In this document: positions 46,455 through 56,142 of the stretch, one piece after another
How the letters are laid out: each line of letters opens with the position of its first letter
How positions within the stretch are numbered: position 1 is the first letter of the stretch
From: Actinomycetota bacterium
GTDB taxonomy: Bacteria; Actinomycetota; UBA4738; HRBIN12
Assembly: GCA_050692435.1 (NCBI GenBank)
Contig: JBOGVG010000263.1
Span: forward strand, 1 to 60,113
Length of the DNA stretch: 60,113 nucleotides
Reading direction: 5' to 3'
Notes under the pieces: model-generated
The model's input: the letters and a program-made list of their open reading frames with translations, nothing else
Databases searched by the model: none
What the model was told of the DNA's origin: nothing
Position numbers and translations under genes: made by a program

Positions 46455-48610
46455 GGGTTCACGAACTGGCCAAGGAGCTCGGCGTGACGAGCAAGGACCT
46501 GCTCGCCGCGCTCGAGGCGATGGGGATGGAGGGGCGCACGGCGTCGTCCTCCGTCCCCGACGAGGCGGTGCCTCGCCTCCGCGCGTCCGGCGGGAAGGCC
46601 GTTCCCGGGGCCAAGGTCAAGGAGGCTCGGGAGGCGCCGACGAAGCCGAGGGCCAAGAGCGTTGCATCCAGGGCTGGTCGGTTAGAGGTGGTGGAAACAG
46701 CCACGAAGGCCAGGGCCGCTCCCTCGGGAGCGCCGGAAGCAGCCACTCGGACGCGCACAGCCGCGACCGTCTCGCCACCGGCGACTGCGGTACAGGACAC
46801 GGCCGCACTATCCGGCGCCCCCGAGCTCGCGGCCGTGACTGAAGCCCCCGCCCCGGCCAAGCCCGAGCTCCCGTCGCTGAAGGTCGTCCGGGGCTCGAGC
46901 GCTCAGGACATCGGGGAGAAGACCGGCCGGACGGCCGCGGACGTGGTGAAGGTCCTGTTCTCGCTGGGCGAGATGGTGACCGCCACCCAGTCGCTCTCCG
47001 ACGAGGCCATCACCCTCGTGGCCCACGAGATCGGCTACGAGCCCGAGATCGTGGGCATCGAGGAAGAGGTCGCGGAGGAGACCGTCGACGAGAGCCGGCT
47101 GCGGCCCCGGCCGCCGGTGGTGACCGTGATGGGACACGTGGACCACGGCAAGACGCTGCTCCTCGACGCGATCCGCAGGACCGACGTCGTCTCGCAGGAG
47201 TTCGGCGGCATCACCCAGCACATCGGGGCCTACCAGGTGCACGCCGACGGGCGCGAGATCACGTTCATCGACACCCCCGGCCACGAGGCGTTCACCGCGA
47301 TGCGGGCCCGAGGAGCCAAGGTGACGGACATCGCGGTACTGGTGGTCGCGGCCGACGACGGGGTGAAGCCGCAAACCGTCGAGGCCCTGGATCATGCCCG
47401 GGCGGCTGCGGTCCCCATCGTCGTGGCCGTGAACAAGATCGACAAACCCGAGGCCGACCCCCAGCGGGTCCGCCAGCAGATGGTCGAGCTCGGCGTGGTC
47501 CCGTCGGAGTGGGGTGGGACGTTCGAGTTCGTGGACGTCTCGGCCAAGGCACGGACGAACCTGGAGAGCCTCCTGGAGACGATCCTGCTGGTCGCCGACC
47601 TCGAAGAGCTGAAGGCCGACCCTGAGGGCCGGGCCCGTGGGACCGTGATCGAGGCCAACCTGGACAAGGGCCGGGGAGCCGTGGCTACCGTGCTGGTGCA
47701 GCGGGGCTCGCTCGAGGTGGGCGACGCGCTCGTCGCCGGGACCGCATGGGCCAAGATCCGGGCGATGCTCGACGAGTACGGGCAGCCCGTGCAGCAAGCG
47801 GGTCCCAGCAAGCCGGTTCAGATCCTAGGGTGGTCCGCGGTGCCGAATGCCGGCGACGACTTCCGGGAAGTCGAGGACGAGCGCGACGCCCGTCACGTCG
47901 CCCAGGAGCGCGAGGCCAAGGTGCGAGCGGCGGAGCTTGTCGCCACCCGGCCGCCCACCCTCCAGGAGCTCATGGCCCAGGCCCGGGAGGCCGAGGCGCC
48001 GGAGCTGAACCTGGTCGTCAAGGCCGACGTCCAGGGCTCGCTTGGCGCCGTCACCGAGGCGTTCCTGAAGCTTCCCCAGGACGAGGTTCGGGTCAACATC
48101 GTCCACGGGGCGGTCGGTGCCATCACCGAGAGCGACATCCAGCTGGCGGTGGCATCGAGCGCGATCGTCGTCGGGTTCAACGTCCGGCCAGACGCGAACG
48201 CCCGGGACCTCGCGGAGCGCGAGGGGGTCGACGTCCGTCTATACCGGGTCATCTACGAGGCTATCGACGACGTCCGAAGCGCTTTGGCCGGGATGCTGAA
48301 GCCCGAGGAGCAGGAGATCCAGCTGGGCCGGGCCGAGGTCCGCGCCTTGTTCCGCATCCCACGGCAAGGCGTAGTGGCGGGGTGCTACGTGCTGTCCGGC
48401 ACGATCGCGCGCAACGCCCGGGCCCGGGTGGTGAGGGACGGCGTGGTGGCTTACGAGGGACGGGTGGGGTCGCTGCGGAGGTTCAAGGACGACGTCCGGG
48501 AGGTGGCCGAAGGGTTCGAGTGCGGCATCGGGATCGAGAACTTCCAGGACGTGAAGGAAGGCGACATCATCGAGGCGTACGAGGTGCGTGAGGTCGCCCG
48601 CCAGCTGTAG
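46451..48610 (+). CDS. infB: Translation initiation factor IF-2
   Basis: 719 aa. [13 protein letters not shown]-terminus, G domain [26 protein letters not shown]. Confidence 0.95.
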   Translation: MRVHELAKELGVTSKDLLAALEAMGMEGRTASSSVPDEAVPRLRASGGKAVPGAKVKEAREAPTKPRAKSVASRAGRLEVVETATKARAAPSGAPEAATRTRTAATVSPPATAVQDTAALSGAPELAAVTEAPAPAKPELPSLKVVRGSSAQDIGEKTGRTAADVVKVLFSLGEMVTATQSLSDEAITLVAHEIGYEPEIVGIEEEVAEETVDESRLRPRPPVVTVMGHVDHGKTLLLDAIRRTDVVSQEFGGITQHIGAYQVHADGREITFIDTPGHEAFTAMRARGAKVTDIAVLVVAADDGVKPQTVEALDHARAAAVPIVVAVNKIDKPEADPQRVRQQMVELGVVPSEWGGTFEFVDVSAKARTNLESLLETILLVADLEELKADPEGRARGTVIEANLDKGRGAVATVLVQRGSLEVGDALVAGTAWAKIRAMLDEYGQPVQQAGPSKPVQILGWSAVPNAGDDFREVEDERDARHVAQEREAKVRAAELVATRPPTLQELMAQAREAEAPELNLVVKADVQGSLGAVTEAFLKLPQDEVRVNIVHGAVGAITESDIQLAVASSAIVVGFNVRPDANARDLAEREGVDVRLYRVIYEAIDDVRSALAGMLKPEEQEIQLGRAEVRALFRIPRQGVVAGCYVLSGTIARNARARVVRDGVVAYEGRVGSLRRFKDDVREVAEGFECGIGIENFQDVKEGDIIEAYEVREVARQL

Positions 48611-48633
48611 ACGCTTCGCGTGCAGAGGGCCTG

Positions 48634-48927
48634 ATGCTCATTGCGCTGGAACGGTTCGATCTCCGCATCCCCGGGTGTGGGTCGCTCAAGGAGAAACGGC
48701 ACGTGGTCAAGACGCTCACGGGCGGCATCCGGGCGAAGTTCAACGTCTCGGTGGCCGAGGTGGACCACCACGACCTGTGGCAGCGCACCGCGATCGCGGT
48801 GTCGGTGGTGGCGGGCGAGGCCTACCACGCCAAGCGGGTCATGCACGAGATCGAGAAGTTCGTCGACCGGTGGGTGGAGGTCGAGGTGATCGACGCCGAG
48901 CTCACGTTGCACTATCCCGATGACTGA
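48634..48927 (+). CDS. DUF503 family protein
   Basis: 97 aa. LRIPGCGSLKEKRHVVK motif. Conserved slot between infB and rbfA. Confidence 0.82.
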   Translation: MLIALERFDLRIPGCGSLKEKRHVVKTLTGGIRAKFNVSVAEVDHHDLWQRTAIAVSVVAGEAYHAKRVMHEIEKFVDRWVEVEVIDAELTLHYPDD

Positions 48928-49270
48928 TGGGACACGGCCCAGCAGGGTCTCGGAGGAGTTCCGGGAGATCCTGGCCGAGGAGATCCCCAGGCTGAAGGAT
49001 CCCCGGATCGGGTTCGTTACGGTCATCCACGTGAAGGTCACCCCGGACCTCAGGCATGCCCGCGTGTTCTACACGGCGATGGGGGACGAGAAGGAGCGGA
49101 AAGCCACGGCTGCCGGGCTCCGCTCGGCCCGGTCCCACCTCCGGCAGGTCATCGGGCACCAGGTCCGGCTGAAGACCCTCCCGGACTTGGTGTTCGAGGA
49201 GGACGAGTCGAGCGAGGCCGCGGACCGCATCGAACGGCTGCTCCGCGAGCTGCACGAGGGGGAACGGTGA
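48920..49270 (+). CDS. rbfA: Ribosome-binding factor A
   Basis: 116 aa. RVSEEFREILAEEI...DPRIGFVTVIHVKVTPDLRHARVFY. Confidence 0.92.
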   Translation: MTDGTRPSRVSEEFREILAEEIPRLKDPRIGFVTVIHVKVTPDLRHARVFYTAMGDEKERKATAAGLRSARSHLRQVIGHQVRLKTLPDLVFEEDESSEAADRIERLLRELHEGER

Positions 49271-50241
49271 GCGGCGAGCTGGCGCGCGCGGCGGAGCTCC
49301 TGGCGGGAGCGACGAAGGTCGCGATGGCCTGTCACGTGAACCCCGACACCGACGCGCTCGGGTCGATGCTGGGTCTCTCGATCTACCTTCGGTCCCGGGG
49401 CATCGAGACCGTGTGCTCGTTCGGCAATGAACCCTTCGACCTGCCGCGGTGGGCGGAGGGATTGCCGGGGAGGGAGGCGTTGGTCCAGCCCAAGGAGTTC
49501 CCCAAGAAGCCGGCCGTCATGGTGACGTGTGACGCGGCGTCCATGAACCGGCTGGGTTCGCTCGCGGCGAACGCGACGAAGGCCGGAGCGTTGATCTGGA
49601 TCGACCACCACCTCAGCAACGATGGCCTCGGCACGATCGCCCTGGTCGACCCGGCGGCCTCATCGACCTGTGAGATGGTGTACCGGCTGGTCCGGACCAT
49701 GGGCGGGGAGCTCCCGGCCGAGGCGGCGATGTGCCTGTATGCGGGGCTCGTCACCGACACGGGCCGGTTCCAGTACCAGGCGGTGCGGCCCGAGACGCTT
49801 CGGGTGGCCGCCGAGCTCCGCGAGCACCCGTTCGACCACGCCCGCCTGGCCCAGGCACTGTACGAGGACAACGGGGCCGCGTATCTGAAGTTGCTCGGAA
49901 CGGCGCTGAACCGGCTGACGCTCGAGCCCGACTCCGACTTGGTGTGGACCTACCTGACCCAAGCCGACCTGGCCGAGGCGGGGGTGCATCCGAGCGAGAC
50001 CGACGACGTGATCGACGTGGTGCGAACGGCGCGCGAGACGGACGTGGCCGCGGTCTTCAAGCAGCAGCGAGACGGCCGGTTCAAGGTCAGCTTGCGATCG
50101 CGGGGCGGCCACGACCTCTCGGCAGTCGCCTCCACCTTCGGCGGGGGCGGGCACCGCCTGGCCGCCGGGTACACGTCCCCGCACGGCCTGGCCGAGACGG
50201 TGACCCGGTTGAAGTCGGCCATCCTCGGCGAGCGGCCGTGA
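49267..50241 (+). CDS. nrnA: DHH-family phosphoesterase / oligoribonuclease NrnA
   Basis: 324 aa. HVNPDTDALGS, IDHH, TDTGRF, and the DHHA1 GGGH motif. Confidence 0.88.
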   Translation: MSGELARAAELLAGATKVAMACHVNPDTDALGSMLGLSIYLRSRGIETVCSFGNEPFDLPRWAEGLPGREALVQPKEFPKKPAVMVTCDAASMNRLGSLAANATKAGALIWIDHHLSNDGLGTIALVDPAASSTCEMVYRLVRTMGGELPAEAAMCLYAGLVTDTGRFQYQAVRPETLRVAAELREHPFDHARLAQALYEDNGAAYLKLLGTALNRLTLEPDSDLVWTYLTQADLAEAGVHPSETDDVIDVVRTARETDVAAVFKQQRDGRFKVSLRSRGGHDLSAVASTFGGGGHRLAAGYTSPHGLAETVTRLKSAILGERP

Positions 50242-51080
50242 CCCCCAACGGCCTGCTCCTCGTGGACAAGCCGAGTGGGGTCACGTCCCATGATGTAGTC
50301 GACACGGTGCGCCGGGCCCTGGGGACCCGGAAGGTCGGCCACGCCGGCACCCTCGACCCCATGGCCACCGGGCTGCTGGTCGTGGGGGTGGGCCGGGCCA
50401 CCCGGCTGCTCCGGTTCCTCGGCGACCTCCCCAAGACCTACGAGGGCACGGGCCGGCTGGGGTGGGAGACCGACACGCTCGACGCCGAGGGTCAGATGGT
50501 GCGAACGTCTGAGGTCGGCGTTTCCCGCGAGCAGCTGGAGCGGGCCGTGGAGGGCCTCGTCGGCCATTCCATGCAGCGAGCGCCGGCGTTCTCGGCGGTG
50601 AAGGTGGGCGGCCGGAAGCTGTACGAGGCGGCCCGGAAGGGCGAGCCGGTGGATGGGCCGCCCCGGCCCATCCGGGTCGATGCGTTCGAGGTGCTGCGGT
50701 TCGAGCCGCCCGACTTCGACTTCCTCGTCACGTGCTCGGGCGGGACGTACGTGCGTGCGCTGGTGGCGAACGTGGGCTCGGTCCTCGGGTGCGGCGCCCA
50801 TCTCACGCGGCTGGTTCGCACCGCGATCGGCCCGCTCCGGGTAGAGGAAGCCGTCCGGCCCGACGACGTGCGCGAACCGCTCCCGGTCGATGCTGCGGTC
50901 GCGCACCTGCCGCGCATCGACCTCGGCGCGGAAGAGGCACGCGTGGCGAGCCACGGGAGCATCCTCGGTCCCGCGGGGATCGCCGGGCCCTACGCGGTGT
51001 TCGCGCCAGGCGGGAGCTTGATCGGCGTGTACCGCGACGACGGCGCCAAGGCCCGCCCGGAAGTCATACTGTCCGGATGA
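50238..51080 (+). CDS. truB: tRNA pseudouridine55 synthase TruB
   Basis: The GTG at 50238 (GTGA overlap with nrnA) gives VTPNGLLLVDKPSGVTSHDVV, with the catalytic GHAGTLDPMATG. Confidence 0.93.
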   Translation: MTPNGLLLVDKPSGVTSHDVVDTVRRALGTRKVGHAGTLDPMATGLLVVGVGRATRLLRFLGDLPKTYEGTGRLGWETDTLDAEGQMVRTSEVGVSREQLERAVEGLVGHSMQRAPAFSAVKVGGRKLYEAARKGEPVDGPPRPIRVDAFEVLRFEPPDFDFLVTCSGGTYVRALVANVGSVLGCGAHLTRLVRTAIGPLRVEEAVRPDDVREPLPVDAAVAHLPRIDLGAEEARVASHGSILGPAGIAGPYAVFAPGGSLIGVYRDDGAKARPEVILSG

Positions 51081-52183
51081 CCGAACCCGGCGGCCGCGAC
51101 CGCAGGAGGCTCCTCTGGCGCGTCGTTCAGGTCTTGGTCTCCCTCGCCATCGTCGGCGGAATCTTCCTGTACGCCATCCCCAAGATCGCCAACTACGACG
51201 CGGTCGCGGACGCCCTCGGCGCGATGACGTGGCTGGAGCTCGCCACCCTCGTCGGCGCGATGCTCTTCAACCTGTACACCTACTGGCTCCAGAACATGGC
51301 GTCCATCCCGGGACTCGGGTTGTGGCAGGCGGCCGTGAACAACCAGACCACGACCTCGATCGCGAACACCATCCCGGGGGGCGGTGTGCTTGCCGTGGGG
51401 ATCGGTTACGAGATGTATCGCTCGTGGGGGTTCACGGCCTCCGCCATCGCGCTCTCCGTCGTCGTGACCGGCATCTGGAACATGTTCATGAAGCTGGGCC
51501 TCCCCGTGGCTGCCCTGGCCATCCTGGCGATCGAGGGACGGGCCGGTGGAGGGCTACTCGTGGCCGCCCTGATCGGCGTCGCGATCCTGATGGCCGCCGT
51601 CGTGCTGTTCGCGTTGACGCTCTGGAAGAAGGCCCTGGCCCGAAGGATCGGCGGCGCGCTGGGCCGGGCGGCGTCGTTCCTGCTGAGGCTGGTTCGCAAG
51701 CCGTCTGTCGGGGACTGGGGCGAGCGGGCGGTCCGGTTCCGACGTCAGACCATCGACCTCGTGGCCGGCCGGTGGGTGCTCCTCACGATCACCACCGTGG
51801 TGAGCCATCTCGCCCTGTTCGTGGTCCTGCTCCTCTCGCTCCGGCACGTAGGGATCTCGGAGCAGGAGATCGGCACTGCCCAGATCCTGGGCGTGTTCGC
51901 CTTCGGCCGGCTGATCACCGCGCTCCCCATCACGCCGGGGGGCGTGGGGTTCGTGGAGCTCGGATACATCGGCGGCCTCATCTTGGCTGGGCGGAACCAC
52001 GCGGACGTCCCACTCGACGTGTTCCGAGCGCAGGTCGTGGCCGCGGTGCTGGTGTTCCGGGCACTCACGTACGTCGTGCAGATCCCGCTGGGCACCCTCA
52101 CGTACCTGATCTGGCGGGCCAAGAAGAGCTGGCGAAAGCCCGCGCCTGCCGAGGCGGCTGCTGAGCCGGCTCCGGTCGCGTAG
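51077..52183 (+). CDS. UPF0104 / lysylphosphatidylglycerol-synthase-TM-region (flippase-like) membrane protein
   Basis: ATG 51077 (ATGA overlap with the truB stop). About 8 TM segments. The conserved ITPGGVGFVE motif near the C-terminus is typical of the family. Confidence 0.75.
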   Translation: MTEPGGRDRRRLLWRVVQVLVSLAIVGGIFLYAIPKIANYDAVADALGAMTWLELATLVGAMLFNLYTYWLQNMASIPGLGLWQAAVNNQTTTSIANTIPGGGVLAVGIGYEMYRSWGFTASAIALSVVVTGIWNMFMKLGLPVAALAILAIEGRAGGGLLVAALIGVAILMAAVVLFALTLWKKALARRIGGALGRAASFLLRLVRKPSVGDWGERAVRFRRQTIDLVAGRWVLLTITTVVSHLALFVVLLLSLRHVGISEQEIGTAQILGVFAFGRLITALPITPGGVGFVELGYIGGLILAGRNHADVPLDVFRAQVVAAVLVFRALTYVVQIPLGTLTYLIWRAKKSWRKPAPAEAAAEPAPVA

Positions 52184-52189
52184 CCTGCC

Positions 52190-52867
52190 TCAGCCCAGGG
52201 CGGGCGGCGCCCGGCGGCGCATCGCAACGTCCCGGATCTCCGTCATGACGGCCGCCGAGCCCAGCGCCACGCTCATGCCCAGCAGCACGCCCGCGACGAC
52301 GTCCGAGAGCCAGTGAGCGTTCAGGTACACCCGCGACAGGGCCATGAGTGAGGCGAAGGCCACCGCGAGGGCCTCCCACTTCCGCCTGTTTCGTCCGGCG
52401 GGCAGGAGCACCAGCACCAGGGCGACGGCCGTGGCGGCCCCGGCGACCGCGTGACCGGAGGGAAAGGCGAAGCCCGCCGTGGCGACCAGAGGTCCCGGGG
52501 GTCGCCCCCGTTCGAAGTACGCCCTCGCGGTCGACAGCAGGATCTCGGCCATTGCCCAGGTAATCGCCCAGACCGCGAAGGCCCGCCACCTCCGGCGCCA
52601 CGCCAGCCACACCGCCACCGCGATGCGGAGCGGGATCGTGACCAGGCCCCCGCCGATCACGTTCAGGGCGCGCGCCAACGCCGAGAACGCGACGTTCCTG
52701 ATTTCGTTGATGGCGTCGTACATTACCTGGTCCACCCGGCCGATCGGCGCGAACGTCGTCTCCGGCGCCGAGGAGGGAGGGTGACGGCCCACCCCGACGA
52801 AGACGAGGACCATCGCCGCGAGCAGCAGCAGCGAGTACAGCAACACCCTTCGATGGTCCTTCAGCAC
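52190..52867 (-). CDS. PAP2 superfamily phosphatase (canonical motifs)
   Basis: GTG 52867 lies 13 nt after the upstream stop; the track ORF extension to 53014 overlaps the neighbouring gene. Motifs RAYFERGRP, PSGH, SRVYLNAHWLSD. 6 TM segments. Confidence 0.82.
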   Translation of the reverse strand: MLKDHRRVLLYSLLLLAAMVLVFVGVGRHPPSSAPETTFAPIGRVDQVMYDAINEIRNVAFSALARALNVIGGGLVTIPLRIAVAVWLAWRRRWRAFAVWAITWAMAEILLSTARAYFERGRPPGPLVATAGFAFPSGHAVAGAATAVALVLVLLPAGRNRRKWEALAVAFASLMALSRVYLNAHWLSDVVAGVLLGMSVALGSAAVMTEIRDVAMRRRAPPALG

Positions 52868-52880
52868 GGACTCGTTGCGC

Positions 52881-53462
52881 CTACTCGAGGCAGGGCGGAG
52901 CGTCCGCCCCACAGAGGATGAGCCCGGTCTCGTCCCTGGCCACCCGGGCCAGCGCCGACCGCGGAACGAAGTCAAGCGCCTGGTTGGCCTCGAGGGCCAG
53001 CGTGGCCGAGGCACCCGGGAAGAACCGGAACTCGTACGTTACGCATCCCCCCCTGAAGGAGACGTAGCGGTTGGCCTCGAACCTGGGCGGCAGGCTGATC
53101 GGTTCCTCGTAGACCTGAAAGCCCGGGTCGTCGGATACGGACGTGACCTCGACGGCGTGGGACACGTCGCATGCCTCGGACAGCGTGACCTGCACGGCGT
53201 GGACTCCAGCTCGATCGGAGTCCAGCCAGAACCGGAAGGAGCCGCTCCCGATCCGCGATCCCCCGAAGGTCCAGCCGGATGGGAAGGAAGCGATGCACGG
53301 GATCAGCGTGGCCGAGGGCACGGCCTGGGCCGCCAGGAGGAGCGCGTTCTCGCTGCTGCGGCACTCGACACCCTGGGCCTGCACGGACGAGCAGGTGGGA
53401 AGCAGACCGACCAGGACGAGCAGCGATCCGACGAAGCATGCCCTTGCCGAGCGCCGCCTCAC
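52881..53462 (-). CDS. Hypothetical Cys-containing secreted protein / lipoprotein
   Basis: 193 aa. Signal sequence MRRRSARACFVGSLLVLVGLLPTC with a lipobox-like LPTC. Seven Cys in the mature part, counting the lipobox Cys. Its ATGA start overlaps the upstream gene's stop. Confidence 0.65.
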   Translation of the reverse strand: MRRRSARACFVGSLLVLVGLLPTCSSVQAQGVECRSSENALLLAAQAVPSATLIPCIASFPSGWTFGGSRIGSGSFRFWLDSDRAGVHAVQVTLSEACDVSHAVEVTSVSDDPGFQVYEEPISLPPRFEANRYVSFRGGCVTYEFRFFPGASATLALEANQALDFVPRSALARVARDETGLILCGADAPPCLE

Positions 53463-55153
53463 GCGAACACGTTCCAGTTCTGGGCGACCACCAGGAGCGC
53501 GATCAGGCCGAGCACGAGCACCTCGACCGTGCGGACGACCCGCCTGACGCTCCAGCGCTGGATGGCCGTGGGCGCCCGAGCCGGAGCCAAGGCGCGGAAC
53601 GTGCCGACCAGGTCGCGGCCGTCTTCCTTGAGCGCGCCCCGGAGCTGCGTTGGGCTGGCCACGCCCCGCGCGGCGGCGAAGGCCTCCGCGATCTCGTCTT
53701 CGGTGAAGCGGTTCCGCGCGTGCTCATAGACCCGCTTCGCGTCGGTCTTGACCGCGAGGACGAGCATCATGTTGGCCAGGTCCACGGCCTGGCGCCACGG
53801 CGACGGCCGAACCTGCACGAAGAACACGTCGATCACCAGGACCTTGCCGTCACGGACCATGAGGTTGGCGGGCTTGATGTCGCGATGAGCCAGGCCAGCA
53901 TCCCAGAGCTTCCGAACGACCAGCAGTCCCTGGTTGATGACGTGGTCATCCACCTCTGCCTCGCCGATGTCCACGGCTCCGTCGAAGAACTCCATCACGA
54001 TCATGTACTCGCGCTCCGGCGTGATCTCCACGACCCCGTACGGCTGGGGTGTCGGCAATGCGTGATCCGCGAGGAGCCGCAGCGTGTAGTCCTCATACTC
54101 GACGAACCGGCGCACGGACTGGAAGGGCGTCTCGTCCTCGAGGGCTCCGTAGAGGATGGAGCGGCCGAGCTTGTACCACCGATCCGCCCGAACGTGACTC
54201 TTCGCGTACAGCTTCGCAAACACGTACCGTTCCGGTTCCCCCTCAGCGCCCGCCGCCTTGAGCCGGAGCGGCGTGGAACCGCCCGAGCCCTCAAGTCCGA
54301 CCGGCTTGATCTGGAGGACCTCCAGCCCGAGTTGATCGAAGGCGGCTTTGCGGATGGCCTCCCCGCGACGACCCCCCACGTCGAGGTGCGCGGCCTTGCC
54401 CTTGCGGTAGGTCACGGGGAAGACGTCGTTCGGCGTGTACCACCGGAAGGCGACCAGGGGGATGGCGATCCCCATGATCGCGCCGAACGCGGCGTCGGTG
54501 GGATGGTCCACGGCGAGGTACACGCGCGCGAGCACGAGCGGGAGGATGAACGCCCCGCATACCCACTTGGCGATCGATCGGGGGCGTCCCGGAACGACCA
54601 GCGAATACGCGATCCCCACGATCGTCGCGACGAACCCCACCAGCGGCCGGGAGGGCATCGAGTAGCCCACCCAGGGGCCGAGGATCTCGATCCCGAGGGG
54701 TCTGACCCGTCCGAGGAGGATCGAGATCTGATACCCGACGAGCTCGGCAACCAGCACGGCGCCCAGGAACACCAGCAGGTGGCGCCACCGCCGGAACACG
54801 ATGAGGGCGATGATCGTCCCCCACCGGAGGATCCGGATCGTCCACTTCGACGCAAGCCAATTGACGAACAACGTTGTGTCGGTGAGCCACTCCGTGCGGA
54901 GCTTCGCCAGCGTTCTCAGCCGGAACGTGTCCACTTCGTCGAACAGGTTGGCTAGCGGCTGGAACAGCACGACTCCGATCAAGGTGAGGGTGAAGTACAC
55001 GACCATGACGATCCAGAACTTCCCGCTCCGACCGAGCTCGCGAGGGAGCGGGGGCGGCTCTCCGGACGGGCGCCGCCGCCGGCCCACCCTGCGACCTCCC
55101 GCGTGATGGGGCTCCGCGCGGGCGTCGGTGGCGTTGTCGTCGGTGACGTCCAA
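53459..55153 (-). CDS. Membrane protein: degenerate PAP2-like N-terminal domain fused to a protein-kinase-like domain, with a C-terminal TM
   Basis: 564 aa. PAP2-like blocks LLGRVRP / MPSRP / ARVYLAVDHPTD. Kinase-like blocks GSGGS, YVFAKLY, HRDIKPANLMV, VIDVFF. Final TM VEVLVLGLIALLVVA. Confidence 0.75.
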   Translation of the reverse strand: MDVTDDNATDARAEPHHAGGRRVGRRRRPSGEPPPLPRELGRSGKFWIVMVVYFTLTLIGVVLFQPLANLFDEVDTFRLRTLAKLRTEWLTDTTLFVNWLASKWTIRILRWGTIIALIVFRRWRHLLVFLGAVLVAELVGYQISILLGRVRPLGIEILGPWVGYSMPSRPLVGFVATIVGIAYSLVVPGRPRSIAKWVCGAFILPLVLARVYLAVDHPTDAAFGAIMGIAIPLVAFRWYTPNDVFPVTYRKGKAAHLDVGGRRGEAIRKAAFDQLGLEVLQIKPVGLEGSGGSTPLRLKAAGAEGEPERYVFAKLYAKSHVRADRWYKLGRSILYGALEDETPFQSVRRFVEYEDYTLRLLADHALPTPQPYGVVEITPEREYMIVMEFFDGAVDIGEAEVDDHVINQGLLVVRKLWDAGLAHRDIKPANLMVRDGKVLVIDVFFVQVRPSPWRQAVDLANMMLVLAVKTDAKRVYEHARNRFTEDEIAEAFAAARGVASPTQLRGALKEDGRDLVGTFRALAPARAPTAIQRWSVRRVVRTVEVLVLGLIALLVVAQNWNVFA

Positions 55154-55183
55154 GCTCTCGTCCGATGGCAGAGGCGTCCGACT

Positions 55184-56101
55184 CTACTCCACAGCGTCGG
55201 TGAGCCCGTGGGCGGCGAGCCACCGGGCGGCGACGTCACGCGGGCGCAGCCCACCGGCCACGTCCGCGTTCATGCCCCGCAGGTCTCCGGTCGTGAGCGA
55301 CGCAGACACCGCGTCGGCCACGGCCGCCACTCGGGCCCCGAACCGGTCGAGGATCACCTGGCGAACGACGGGCGTCACGTTCTCGGCGGGCTGGAGTTGG
55401 CGGTCGTCCTCCAACACCACGAAGCGATTGGCGTCGATCGCGCCGTCGGTCGTGAACATCAGGGCCACCTGGACATGTCCTTCCCGGAGGGCCGCGGCCG
55501 TGAGCGGGCCGCTCTCGTCGAGTGGGACGAATCTATCGAACGTCAGGCCGTAGGTGGACGATAACCCCCGAAGACACAGCGGCCGTTGCGGGCACTCCGG
55601 AGGGCCGCCGAAAATGAACTCCTCCGCCACCGATCTGAGATCGCTGATCGTTCGAAGCCCGAACCGCCCTGCCGTGGTCCTCGTGACCACGAACCCGTTC
55701 TGATCCTCGGCGGGGGCCGCCGCCAAGACGGCGATGCCACGGGCCGCCAGGGCCTGCGCCAGCGCGCGATGGGTCGTGCGTTCGTCGGGCGAGGCCGATC
55801 CTGCGCCGGCCACGAACTCGAGCGTGCTGCCCGCGTACTCGGGGACGAACTCCACCAGACCCCGTTGGAGCGCCGGCTGTACCAGCTCCCGGGTTCCCAG
55901 GTTGAGCTGGCGTTCCACCCGGAAGCCGGCGGACTCCAGGGCCTGCGCGTAGAGCTCGGCCAGGAGCACGCTCTCGGGGAAGTTGAACGACGCGACCGTG
56001 ATGGCGTCGTCGCCTTCGGCCGTGGCCTCGGTCGGAGGGCCGGACCCACACGCGACCGGCAGGATCGCCGCGAGCACAGCCGTTACGCACCAACGACGCA
56101 C
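55184..56101 (-). CDS. OpuAC/ProX-type (glycine betaine/choline) ABC substrate-binding lipoprotein, orphan
   Basis: 305 aa. Lipobox AILPVAC. ITVASFNFPESVLLAELYAQALESAGF and EFVPEYAGS are typical of OpuAC-family binding proteins. No permease or ATPase gene in the window. Confidence 0.78.
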   Translation of the reverse strand: MRRWCVTAVLAAILPVACGSGPPTEATAEGDDAITVASFNFPESVLLAELYAQALESAGFRVERQLNLGTRELVQPALQRGLVEFVPEYAGSTLEFVAGAGSASPDERTTHRALAQALAARGIAVLAAAPAEDQNGFVVTRTTAGRFGLRTISDLRSVAEEFIFGGPPECPQRPLCLRGLSSTYGLTFDRFVPLDESGPLTAAALREGHVQVALMFTTDGAIDANRFVVLEDDRQLQPAENVTPVVRQVILDRFGARVAAVADAVSASLTTGDLRGMNADVAGGLRPRDVAARWLAAHGLTDAVE

Positions 56102-56142
56102 GCGCCCCCCCCAGTCCCGATCCGCCCAGGCTACCCGAAGCC

